Assembly: GCA_040954595.2 (NCBI GenBank)
Contig: CM082590.2
Coordinates: forward strand, 9,698,088-9,762,087
Length of the DNA: 64,000 nt
Source: Balanoglossus misakiensis
Lineage: Eukaryota; Animalia; Hemichordata
Direction: 5' to 3'
In this document: positions 23,671 through 36,200 of the stretch, in pieces
How the letters are laid out: the number at the start of each line of letters is the position of its first letter
Numbering within the stretch: the first letter of the stretch is position 1
Made by a program: the position numbers and the translations under genes
Notes under the pieces: model-generated
Database searches by the model: none
The model's input: only the letters and a program-made list of their open reading frames with translations
Told to the model about the DNA's origin: nothing

Positions 23671-26020
23671 GTAAGACGAAAGTTTTTGAAATATCACGGA
23701 AAAGTCCTTTTTCCCTCTCTATGTGTGAGCTATATACAGCGTAATAGAAATTTTCTATTTAAAAGTTAAATTACATTTTATATATATCATTATTAATATC
23801 TGTGTATATTTATTTGACATGCTGACTGGATTATCTTAACAGTTTGGAAGAAGTGTTTAAAAACTGACATGTTTTTCCGTAACTGTCAAATGTTACACAG
23901 ACTGGACTAAGGAATTTTAATGTTTCTTCAAGTATGACTACAAAGCAACCTAAGAAGACATAATATTATTACAAAAAATTATAACAAAATACTATACGTA
24001 GCTGAGAAAATTAAATTACATCATGAAAACATGCTCTGACAAATTTTCAGCATTTTTTTAGTTTAACTGAAAGATAAATAATTACTGAATTGATATTTTA
24101 CTTTTCTAGCGTAGTATCCAACGTTAAGCAATGACCTAAATTGATTATCAAAATATTTTGCCATCTTCAACTCCACTGGATACATGCACGCTCTTAATAA
24201 AAAGGAAGTTGGAATTGTCACCGTGACGACGATGGCTATTGAAAGCAAAGAATAGCTACATTTTCTGTGTGTATAGCGTTTGGATGACAACCATTCCTGG
24301 GGGAACGTAATCATCAATATGCGAAGATTAGATTAAACTATAAACGTCGATCAGGTGAATTTGTTGAAAAGGTGATTCTTGTAAAGCGTACTTTGCAGAA
24401 AAAAACGTCCCCTTTGCTGTCAGAGCGTGTCGTGTTTACGATGCTCTGTCATTGATATTTTTTGTGATATTTAATAATTTTTTTTGGTGAAATCCGTGAA
24501 AATTTGAGCTGGTATGAAAATATGTTTGTTAAAAGAGAGATTAAGTATTCAAAATGTATCTTTTTTGAGAAAAAATTGGTAATTTCTAAAATTTTGTGCA
24601 CATTTTGAAAATTATACACTTCTGTAGTTTTGTAAATATGCCCAAGGGCTAAATATGCTCTGTAACTGTCAGTTGAAATGAAATTTGAAAACAAATAGAC
24701 GGCTACACCCAGTGGAATTTATAGTTTGGTTTTTATTGAAAGAAAGTGTTGTATCGCGCTTGTCAATGTCTACTTGAGTAAAAGCTCCTGTGTGTTGTTA
24801 GAATTCTAGTTTTCTTTGGAGAACTGTCACTTAAATTTCATTTCCCGAACACAAGTGCTCTCAAGTTCAACCATGACAAATTCAACTTTCAAGTTCATGT
24901 GAAATAGTGTTTATGTTTGTACATCTCTGAATGAGTTATTGCAGCAACATTGTTGATGACGACAGTACCAGCACATTGCAAAAAATACATTTAATATTTG
25001 ATCATAAAAATACTGTGAAATATATATCTTTTAATACCAGTACTAATTTTGTTTTTGTCTATAGCGTAACATAATTGATGTCAAAACGACACTCGTAAAA
25101 TTCCACACATTTTGTCATAAATTATCCAAAATGTGTGACAATATAAATGTATCAAAAGATCAGTAATTTCTTTTGTCATAAATTATCCAATGGTTTAAAG
25201 TTGTCAGTATAATAAAAAAATGACAGATTAAAACGTAACAAGAGAGATCAAAATGTAACGAGAAAGGTCAAAATTTAATAAAAAGATTACAATGTAACAA
25301 GATGAGGCTGTGATATATTTGTCAACGCTTGTGAGATAATGTGTGAGTCACAATTTAAAGTGGTTACTGGTTTAATTGTAGCCATTTCTATTCATTAATT
25401 GTTGCGGGGTGTAGCAATGTTTGTACAGGAATCAATAAACTGATGACATTTGCCACAATCTGGTCGGTGTTGTTTCTTAGATCGTCACTGATAAGAAGCT
25501 GAGTGGCGATGCCCGGCACGCGAAACTTTTTTTTTTCGTTTTTGCTGGTATCGTTCCCGCGAGGTTAGCGAGATCAGAAATGTAGCTATCAGGCGGTAAT
25601 CTTGTCATGACGTGAATAATCATCATCGTTGAGATACAGTCGTATATTCAGAGAGCATTGGATAAAGGCAGTCTTGCGTGGTCGAATATTGCAGTGAAGC
25701 CCAGAAGGACATTAAGGGATAGTCAGATATTTCAAAATGCTTCTAACGAGAACATTCGTTCTTTCTCTCTGAGTAAACACGATGACAGTGTCGTATCAGA
25801 CCCTAGTCCAGCAATATTTTCCTTGTTAGTCATTTTGACGATATATTTGAGATATTGATAATTTGCGTATGTAGATTTGCACGATTTTCAGTTTGCCTAA
25901 TCACATGAATTTCAATTGCCTTTAATATCGCAGACAAAACCAAAGCTCTAGACAGCTCATAAACACTTATATCAACTCTTTGTGGCAATCGCGAAAGATT
26001 CTTACTAAATGGTGCACCTT

Positions 26021-26311
26021 TGTTGCGAAGAAGAACAAGGATGACACAGTCTTCTCTCGAATTGACGGTTTATTCATCCATGGATACGAATCAATATGAA
26101 CTAATACTAACTCATGGACACAAACTATTTATGTTTCTAGGTTCAAAACTTTAACTACAGTGAGACAAAACTGTTAGGCCTTTCTCATATTTAAATAAAG
26201 TATTGAAATGCAAAATAAAGTATTTGAAATGCAAAATGAAGTATTTGAAATGCAAAATAAAGTATTTGAAATGCAAATTAATAACAACGGGAGTGGTTCT
26301 TCTTTTCTCCA
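26021..26311 (+). mobile_element. Dispersed repeat family A, copy 2 (3' part missing or divergent)
   Basis: Same sequence blocks as copy 1, with four 20-21-bp internal units. Homology ends after TTCTTTTCTCCA. Confidence 0.85.
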
Positions 26312-28871
26312 CCTTTGTAGCAAATGACAGACAGAATGTTTAACTGTATAGCTGAACAGACCCCTGTACGTGTTTCTGTGTACCATTTTAAAGATGCAGG
26401 GTCTGTTTTAACTTCATTACACTTCGAAACTATCTTCCCAGATCTCACATCATAGGTGAAAGGTCGCCCAATCACAGTGTTGCTTGGATACCACGGTTAC
26501 CAGAACTCCACCATTGACCTCCACTGACCTGTACTATCTCTGTTGCCACAGTAACCCTATCTTTTCAATTGCACAGTGCAGGTTATTCAAAATAAGTGCC
26601 AACGAATACACTATCTCAACCCACTTAAAATTCGGAAAATTATGACCAATTACATTGATACACGACAGGTTGGGTCATAGAAAAATCCCAACAGTAAATT
26701 TCAATGATAGATAGGCCAGCGTAAAAATTTAACTTGTTTCTCATACAGCATACAATCCTATCACTTCCAACATTATCTTGAAATTGTCATAGAGATTTTA
26801 CTACTTCAAACTTTGTACTCTCCTCTAGTGAAATGCCGTCAAGTTTGAAACTTTGTTAAATAACTGCAGTAAAAGTCTTCAAAGTCATTGAAAATAATTA
26901 AATTTTACTGTGCTGCAACGTCCTGGAATTTTGAGTGATATTGGCTACATGATTTCTGAAATTTCGGGTGTCTGATTGGCTTAAAAAATGCACCAGTTTC
27001 TTCACCCATAGCGTTATATCAAGCTCACATGATTTTTTAAATATTAAAAAAAATAAAAATGGAAATAAATGATAAAGTGAGTTTAGCACAGTCGAATTTC
27101 TGCCCATCCATCTCTCCCACATCACACTCTTCCCCTTAATAAGTTTTCATCTCAATCTCACTGAAGCGTTTACTTTGTATGTTATTAAAATTGCGGTGAG
27201 TTATTACACATGATCTGGAGATAAAATTATACTCGGCAGTCGATAATTATCTCTGGACTGTAATATGTTATTAGAAATTATTTGGAAGGTGAGGCGCGCT
27301 CTTTGAGTTGTACCGAAGCAAAATGAGTTGGCCTTCCATCTCGTAAGTTCAAAGACTGATAGATCATTTTAAGGAGATCTACGAGAAATAGTCTTTGATG
27401 TATCATTGATGAAATGCTCCTATGCTGTTACCCCTACTTCATAGAAATGGAAGAGCCCGTGACTGTCTGTTTGAGTTAGTGTAACCAACATATGTAGGTT
27501 TTTGGAGAAAAGATAATAGTTGGATTTGCACGAAACTCGACTGTTATAAAATAGTAGAACAGCCCAGTACAGAATGATTCCATACAAGATGCATGTTAGG
27601 TAACCAGTTGGAATCTCATATATTTTTTTGAAAAGATGTATGGTTAATCCATAAATTGAAACGTCTCCTTGGAAGTAAGGAGCAGTTGTGGTTTATGAAT
27701 TTCCAGAAAATAAAATACTGCATGTGCCCTGTGGCTGTCAGTGAGGTATCACACTTCTATTGTAATCAGAACAAAACCAGCTAAATCATATTATTTACAA
27801 CCAAGCCCCCAATCCAGGGCATGACAAATGTTCGCGCCTGTCTAACAACACCATTTGGTTTTGATCAGGAGCAAGATTTATGGAAACTTTATATTTCTAC
27901 GTGCCTTCAGCAGTGAACATCTGCTCATGAATGTGTCGTATCCATTGGTAGGTTTGAATCGCAAGATTGAGAAATGTCTTATCGTAACAAAGCTTCGTCA
28001 TAGACCTGCCATGGCTTTCTTTTCCGAATATAGCGCATTTGAAGAACAGATATTGTGCTTATGAATTCTTCCACAGAACGTGGAAAAGTAAAATTCTTAA
28101 ATCAGCTTCTTGTTTCTCTCAGTATCAGGCTTATTTAAGATGCCAAACAGAATGAAAAGGTTTCAGATGTCATCATCTTCTTTTGAAATACGATATAAAA
28201 TATTCATAGCATATCCGCAAAGGCTGGCGCAAACTTTACAGAATTATTCCCAAGACAGGTCCAGTACTGCTTTCAAAAATCACAAGACTTAAGTCCAGTG
28301 TGGTGGCGTAGTCTCACACGGGATCTTGTCATGGAAATTCCCTTCCTGGACATTGTGTTGCCAAAATCTATTTCCTTATTTTCCCAGAACGATATTTTAT
28401 ACTAGAGATTTCACATTTATGAAGTTTGTTTTTCTGTTATACTTAATAAAACCTGTTCTCAGGAGAGTTTACCGTTGCAGCTAAAATGTATACTTTATTT
28501 ATTGGATACGAAGTCTGAGTGTTGGTTTGTCTGATGGGTATTGATAACATTTTGTGAGATTGCGGACAAAATGTGACGCTTTCAATCGGTATTTGAAGCT
28601 TTTGTTGCGAAGAGGCTTTCTCAAGGAACATCAGAGAGTGGATATCGCGAGAAGCTGAGCAGAGATTAAAGATGTTTTTGTGATTGTAGCAGATTTAATT
28701 AGACTTGAGTCCCCGGGCGTTGAAAGTTGCGGTGTTTCTAGAAGATGTGGGCGGTGCTTGCCGAGAAATCGAGCAAATTATAACTGATTCAGATCAGTTC
28801 GCACTTCTCTGAGTGATTGGTTTGATCATCAGGTTGCTGAGTACATCACCTCACTTCAGGCATTAGTTGAA

Positions 28872-28955
28872 CCCTTTCACCACCATGGTTCAGTCCAAAC
28901 CCATTGTTTTCTATAGTAAGTTGGACCTCTAAAGAGGGAAATGGGGGTGGAAGGG
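28872..28955 (-). mobile_element. piggyBac-type MITE, same family, opposite orientation
   Basis: CCCTTTCACCACCATGGTTCAGTCCAAACCCATTGTTTTCT...TTGGACCTCTAAAGAGG...GGTGGAAGGG|TTAA, which aligns to the reverse complement of the 52378 copy. Confidence 0.85.
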
Positions 28956-29358
28956 TTAATCAGTGGGGGCTCAACAATCTATGGACATGTATCCATTTAC
29001 AGTTAATACAACTTTTCACATATTGATGTTCTTTATTTTTGGTAGTGAAACAATTGATTTTGAATTATTACTATGCTCAAATTTTCAATTTTCTGTTGCT
29101 GTGTTCATGCATCAGTAAACGTTTCATATGTCGAACAGTACAAAAGAGATGCAATTTTTATGGGAAATTTTTTAGAAGTTGATGTGAGTGTTGCACTCTT
29201 GCTGAAATGTTTCATGCATGGACAACCATTTTAATTAAGTCATCAACATGATTTCCTGTTTGGAAATGAAGTTTCCCATTCCTCGTCACTTTCCATTCAT
29301 TCTTCGCGAGGAAAATAAAACGTGGTTTCACACGGCAAGCAAGCATCATACGCCTCAG

Positions 29359-29606
29359 TTTCCGGAAACCAAACATTCTTGAAGTCAGCGTACGTACAGA
29401 CGTTATTTGTGGTGTCGGCAAATGCCTGTAATGAGAAACGACAACACCAGCGTTATTTTTTCACCAAACGCGAAATTTCCGGAAAAAGAACATTTTTGAA
29501 GTCACCGTACCCACCCACGTACGTACCAACGTTCTTTGTGGTGTCGGCAAACACTTGTAACAAGAAACGACAACACCAGCGTCATCTTTTCGCCCAGCGC
29601 GAAAAT
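29359..29606. repeat. Tandem duplication, two diverged copies of about 117-130 bp
   Basis: TTTCCGGAAA...TTGAAGTCA...CGTACGTAC...TTTGTGGTGTCGGCAAA...GAAACGACAACACCAGCGT...CGCGAAA occurs starting at 29359 and 29476. Confidence 0.9.
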
Positions 29607-32600
29607 CATGTTTTTCTTCGAGACGACCTTTTCATGTTCTTTATAATCTAATTTCACTTGTCTTTAGAAAAACGTCGAGGAGGGAACTTGTTTTGGAAAT
29701 TGGATTTCAGACCTTTGTGTCATCTCGTGTATGCATTGAATACACTGGAGATTGCTTCTTTATTCTGTGACGGGGCACAGGGAATCACTGTTTGTGTATC
29801 TTTAAAACAAGAATTAAGTTACACAACAGTCAGTGGGACTCAATTCCCAGCCCAAAACAAATTCCGACCATGTCTTCCTCTATCTGACAATGTACTGTGT
29901 GAATGAAACGCTGTCTTGAAAATTAAAAGATTTGTTCATTTTGTTCTCTCTGTAGGGGACTGTCATTTCTGTGGTTTGAAAATATTGTTAGTAGTAAATG
30001 GAAAATGGAAAACTATTACTGTTTATGTGATTTTTCTGAGTATAGTCAGATTGGTTCGAAACATCTGAAAATATACATTAATTCGGGAGAGTTTTGCTTC
30101 ATGTAGCAATTTGTTGTCAGGCTGGGTGTTCTTTTGAAGGCATAAATTGCTCACCATTGATGCAAAACTATCCATTGTGCGAGAATATTCGTCATCATAT
30201 ATGTAAAAGTGCATATATGGTTCCTCAGACAAAGTCCAATGATTGTGAAAGTTACTTCTTCTCCGTAGTTTACATCGGGTATATTATAGATGGTTCGTAA
30301 ACACATGATGTATTGATGCATGGTTTCGTGTGTTTAAGTATGAGTGATGGATGGGAATTGAAGATTCAATATGCAATATGAGGTGTGCTATGGTTGATAC
30401 CTTCAGAGCAAGAGGGTAGATTCTTAGCAATGGCTGTTCAAATTATGTAGATGGATTAAACAGACTAGGGGCACAGAGCATTGTAGGTGGGAGAACCATA
30501 GAAAGAATACAACAGATGATGGAAGTGATTGTTGGATTTGGAATATGTATCGTATAAATGATGGAATAGATAGATAGTGATTCTGATATGGCCTGTGTAT
30601 GTTGAAGAGAAACAGACTTCTCTGTTTCGAACTGTTATATTGAGGTTAATCAGGAAAGTAGCATTTTAGGTTCAAATTGTCTTTGGCTGGCATCATTGGC
30701 TGGTGAATGTGTGTGTAATCATCATACATCATATGAAGTTACCAATCCAGTTGTAATTTTACAGATGGCATATGTTAGAAATAGTACATGTTCTTTTTGA
30801 AACACCCAACATCACCTCTTGATTTCGTACAAGTAGTGTGTATCGGTAATCTGTGTTGTGCCATTGGTGCCATGATTATCAAAATTTAATTACACAGTCT
30901 TCATTAATGATGTAATGTTCATAATGTGCATAAATGATTAATAATCGACCTCACTGCATGTCTCTTGTATTATGTTTATTCTGCTCCCAAGTCTCTCAAT
31001 CCTGTAAACATTTAATTTCGACTCAAATTTTGCCCATTGTTAACTCAATGTTAGCTAATTAGAAAAGCACACTTAGTCTGTACTGCAGTGATGTACCATG
31101 AAATATTCAAGACAAAAAGCAGAATATAAGTAGATGTTGAAACGGACAAGATGCCCAGTAGATGAAACCAGAAAGAAAGGTGATATGTAATATTTATCAA
31201 ACCCATCTTATGGGCCATCGAATGATGAAGAGGCTTTCTACCAGAGCGCCTGAAATGCTTTCAAACATGAATCATCATGAAACCAGATCATATCGAAATA
31301 CAACTCCTTGCCCTAAGGCTTTTTATTTCACCTACTACAGCTGTGACTGTGTATTAAGTACTTCCTGAAATTGTGACTGTTCATGTCCTTGAGCCAGGCT
31401 TTTATTTTATAACGTGGGTTTTTATTTTCAGAATTTTGTCAAAAATATCCTCGTCGCCAAATGACGACTTTCTTGGTATTCAAAAGAAGTTTTGTTTTCA
31501 TACTATGGCTTGTTACGTTAAGTTAAAAATTCTGTGCAATGCTGAACATGTTCGTGCAACATTAAATGATAGAAATCAGTGCTTTCTGAAAATGTTTATC
31601 AATGGAAAACTAAAATTTTATTCATCTCTTAGTCCTTACTCTATCACCATACAAGTCATGTTTCATTGTTATTTGTCAATCTGTCAGTATGGAGCAGGAC
31701 TGCTCACTCTTTTCACTAATTTATAGAGAGAGAAGGTATAAACATGTTGCTTACAGCTAAGACTGTCCACTGGATCAGTCCAGCAATTCTTAGATACCTT
31801 TACAACCATGACACCGAGACTGTTCAGCATTGAACTCCACAATCCTAGTCACTTAACCTCATCTCGAAAGAAACTCGTACCTGTTTTGCGCTCTTGAAGT
31901 GACACTAGACTGCACAGTTTATAGACATCTGCAATTATCCTTTCAACCATAGATGGAGTGTTAATGGATTTGGTCAAAAGGACTCGCCAATCAGAGTGAG
32001 CTCAGTGTCGTAATTGGCAACGTCTAAAAGGATCGTCCATGTGAGTGGAATTTCAACAAATGGCTCATGCGTTTGTGCCACTGATTGTCACGCTGTCATC
32101 TTTAACATTTTGACGTTCCTCTTCCCATGTGAACGACAGCCTGGATTAGCAAATACCACCTCATCACACTTCATCATTATACGAACATATGAACAACAGT
32201 GCAGGCGACATCAACATTATATAACGCTTCAGCTTTGCAAACAAAGATGGCAATTAACTAACATCGAACAAACCAATCATTAGCCTAATGTGAGCTAATT
32301 AGAAAAGAGCATTTGATTGTACTGTACATATAATTGAACTGTCAAGTATGGTGCAATGTATAAAACAAGAAGCTTGAGTTGAAAAACAGAACAAATAATA
32401 CTGTAAATATAATCAAACATCACAGCGACTGCCCCTGACTCTGAAATCTAGATGGTACAAGTCGTACCATCTGGACAGGACAGTGATGTATTGTACTCGC
32501 GGTATATACGATAAACATCGGCACGAGAAACCAGTTCTGTTTGTTGTACGCCAGTCTTCATTTGTTCCCATTCAGACATCTTTGATGTGTCATCACTCAA

Positions 32601-33197
32601 GATGGCCGAAAAAAACGTGAAGACTTGTCTGAATTTTAACGCGACACAATGATCTTTGTGTGTGAAAGTTTTTTATGTAACTCTGAGAAAGGATCTTCCT
32701 AGAGGGTTGCTTAAAAAAAAAATTTGCCCACATTCCTTTTATGCTTTTTCTGGTTTCTTTTACATCATGTTTAAAAAAGAAATTCTGGAGGTACAACTGC
32801 TGGGAGTAAATTACTCACAAAAGAGCGTTCGTTCTTTTTGATTGACAGTCTCAAGTACCTGGCACAATCCATTGCAAAAGGAGGAGGGATGAAGGATGAC
32901 ATGAGAGACATTTTTAGAACTCAGACTTCTGTAAACGTAAATTTTACAAAGTTTCGAAAGCAATGAGTCAATCGCAGTCACACCATGATGCCATTTTGAT
33001 TAAAAAGTCAATGGTCGTTCTGTGTTGCTGTTGCAATAATTCAGCATTTCTGATAAAAACCTCAAATTGAAGATCAGTATTTTCATTCTAGTTGCACAAA
33101 AAGTTCATCCTAGGCTTTTGTCAATTTGAAGAGCGTAAAAGGAGTTTCATTGCACTTAAATGCACTTTTTGACACAAGGTAATTCTCCTCTGTCACA

Positions 33198-33266
33198 TCG
33201 CTACATTGTCACCATCATATTGCTACATTGTAGCCACTACACACACTTTGCTACATTGTAACTACT
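33198..33266. repeat. Short degenerate repeat, three GCTACATTGT cores
   Basis: GCTACATTGT occurs three times within about 65 bp. Confidence 0.7.
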
Positions 33267-36200
33267 TCACATCCAATCCGTGAACAGTGCATGTTCCAAA
33301 GCAAGCCTGCTTTGCAATCTCTCAGCCTTGAGTTTTGAATAGATGAAAAAGCATTTCAAGGATTCTACAACAGGTAAAAGATGATTAAATCCTTACAAAA
33401 AAAATGATTGGCACGTGACAAGCCACACTCTTTTCCCGATGCATTTGTGCGTGTATAATGTATGAGTTGTAAAATATGGATCTCCATCGGTCCCTGAATA
33501 ATAAATGTCTAGGGAAGGCAGCCGCACACTTGATAATTTCTGATTTATAATTCCTAATAGAAAGATGACTACATTCAGCCAACTTGCTGCCATTTACGCT
33601 CAGAGGAAGACCATAATCTGTCAGCAATTTCATCATATCTTATTTTACCTGTCATCATCGCTGACACAGTTCGGCTTATACATAGAAAGGTGTAATGCAT
33701 TTCCGTGAATTGCAACTAGATAGTGTGATTGAATCCATTTAGAGAGATTTTCCAATAATATTTGAATTACGGGTTTCCCCTGATCGCGGCATGGATGTGG
33801 TTAAATCCTTCATAATATTTAATCTTTTATATACTCAGAGACTGTATGAGAGTATGGGATAAAAGCTATATGTTTCTGTATCAGTACTCAGTTCCATGGC
33901 GATAAAATTGGATGGTGTTTCTAACGTTCAAAACTCTAAATTTATTTGGTAAACACAGGGATTTTTTGATGAGGCTATCAGGAGTTGAGAGTTAGCCGGA
34001 TTTGCTGTCGAGCGAAGAATTGATATTGAAAAGTTGAAATCAAAGTGACAGATATGAAGCCCATGAATAGAGGAGATTGGAGATTTGGGGAGTGTTTAAG
34101 CCCCCAAGGTGGAGGGGTGGGAGCGATGACAGTAAATGTATTGGTTATTGTGTGAAGCCAAGCAAACCGAGACATCTAGCGCTTTGTGTGGTTTTTCGCC
34201 CGTGGAAACAGAAAAACGCTGCAACTTTTGATGATTCAGAATTCTAAATTATGTGCTCTCTCATTGTTCAGAAGATGATGTCATTCTTTGTTCGAGAGAT
34301 GGAGGTAAATGCCTTGGTTCTATTGTGTTTGTAGAGTAACATTTTCACTGGTTTTATACCAATTTAAGCAAAGAACTATACTCAAGACGAGAAGAAAACT
34401 ATCCTGATAAATTGGAACATAAAAGTAAATTTGTATGGCCGTATAACGTAATAGAAAATGGCCCTTATATACTATAATGTGTCAATGTTGAGTAATCAAA
34501 TAACAAACTATCAGTGGTTGTGATGATTGATTCTGGTTGGCTGAGTCTAAAGTGGCAAATAGTTTGTCACTTTTAATTCTCAATCACATGCGGCCAGTGG
34601 ATTGGAATTCCTCGGTGACTCAAATGAAAAGAGAGACTGCCCTGAAATGGATTTTTCTTAAAAAAATAGGAAAATGGGGTGATTGCATTGTCAATATTTG
34701 TGTTAGAGAATGTCATTTATTCTCCCTTTACTGTCAAAATGTTTTTTCTCTCCTGATGAGGAGGAATGTTCTCTACCGAGAAATGCAGAAGTACATTTGC
34801 TAAATGGCTGTGAAACTAAAAAACATTCTAGAATTTCATAGAATTTTGTGAATTTTTTTTGTACGGCAAATTGTACGACACATACATCGCCTGAAACTGC
34901 AGCAAAGATTGGGTTATGAGGGAAAGAAAAGGCAGGTAGGCTGTCTCTGAAAAGATGTGACACGACAGTTTTAGATCGAATTGTAACGGGTACCCAGGTG
35001 ATATCGTTTGTCTCATGGCAGCAGTCAGGATACTCTGAAGATTTACGCACGAAATTGGAAACAAAACTTAATTTCCGTCTTATTTGTGGGTTAAGCGTCG
35101 CGTCTTGACATTCAAAATAAATGAGATGGAATCTTGAGATAGAAAATGCTGACGGTCTTGATCCCACATTGCCAGGGTGGAATTTTATTGGTCTCTAGGG
35201 AGTTTACTGTGCCGCGAATGGTAATACATGTAGCTGAATCTCTGAAGCGAAGGTGTAGTGATATTACATCAAAATGACTACCTTTCAATCTCGATTTCCT
35301 TTAAAATTGCTGATGAAAAAAACAACTAACTAACTACACTATAAAAAGTGATGCAGAATGGTATAAACTGAAATTAATCTGAATTTACATGTAGTGCCTT
35401 AATAAAAAAATATCTTGCGTTCATTTGAGATGAAGTAAAAAATATCATCTGATATCTTTAAAATGTTTGTATTCATTCCATAATTGCAATTCAATAAAAG
35501 GTTTTCATATGATAAAATTATTGTGATAGTAATGTATGTAAATGAATGAAAAATTTAAGCCAGAATGTTAAGATTCTTCGCAGAGTTTGAGAATTTGGTA
35601 CGAAATGTTGAAAGTTCGTTTATTGTCGAACGCTGCGTTGAAATTTTGTACAATGGGATGAAGGAGTGATACAAGAGACATTAGTCTGACAGTAATCCTG
35701 ATGATGTTTAAAGTTCTGACAAATTTGTGAATTCCCAGAAGAGCTGTTTCAGAAGATTGGAAACACAAGAGTTAATCCAACCTTTATTGTTGTCCTCCAT
35801 GATACGACATCTGATAGGCAGATGACAATTTTCGACAACCGTGACTGTCTGATAAAATGTTTCAAAATCATCAGTTTCTGGGTCAAAAAACTCCACAATT
35901 TTTTCCTACATTTATCCCACTTTTAATTGAAATTTTGTTAATTGCCAACAATCTTCCGGGAAATTTGTCCCCTGTGAATATTATGGCTATAAATCATTCT
36001 TAATTTTGTTACGTATTAGCCCAGTTCTGTCATGCCATCAGCGGTTTAAAACTCGCACTTTTAATTCAAAATTTTCGAATTTCTAATAAAAAATATCACA
36101 GCGTTTTGGGTTGATGTGATATGGAATGACTTTCTGATATGTTTGGGTCAAAAATTCTGTGATTTAGGCAAAGAAATTTTGTAAATGTGGTAAAAATTTA

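Noticed and set aside
23105-23674. Longest ORF in the track (189 aa) as an independent gene
   Set aside because: It has a GTG start and no recognisable domain. The plausible coding frame here is a different one (23596-23670).
27323-27348. ATG AGT TGG CCT TCC ATC TC|GTAAGT (MSWPSI, resembling the MCC motif MSWPTS)
   Set aside because: The phase-2 donor is incompatible with the downstream phase-0 junction, and the similarity is too short to be meaningful.
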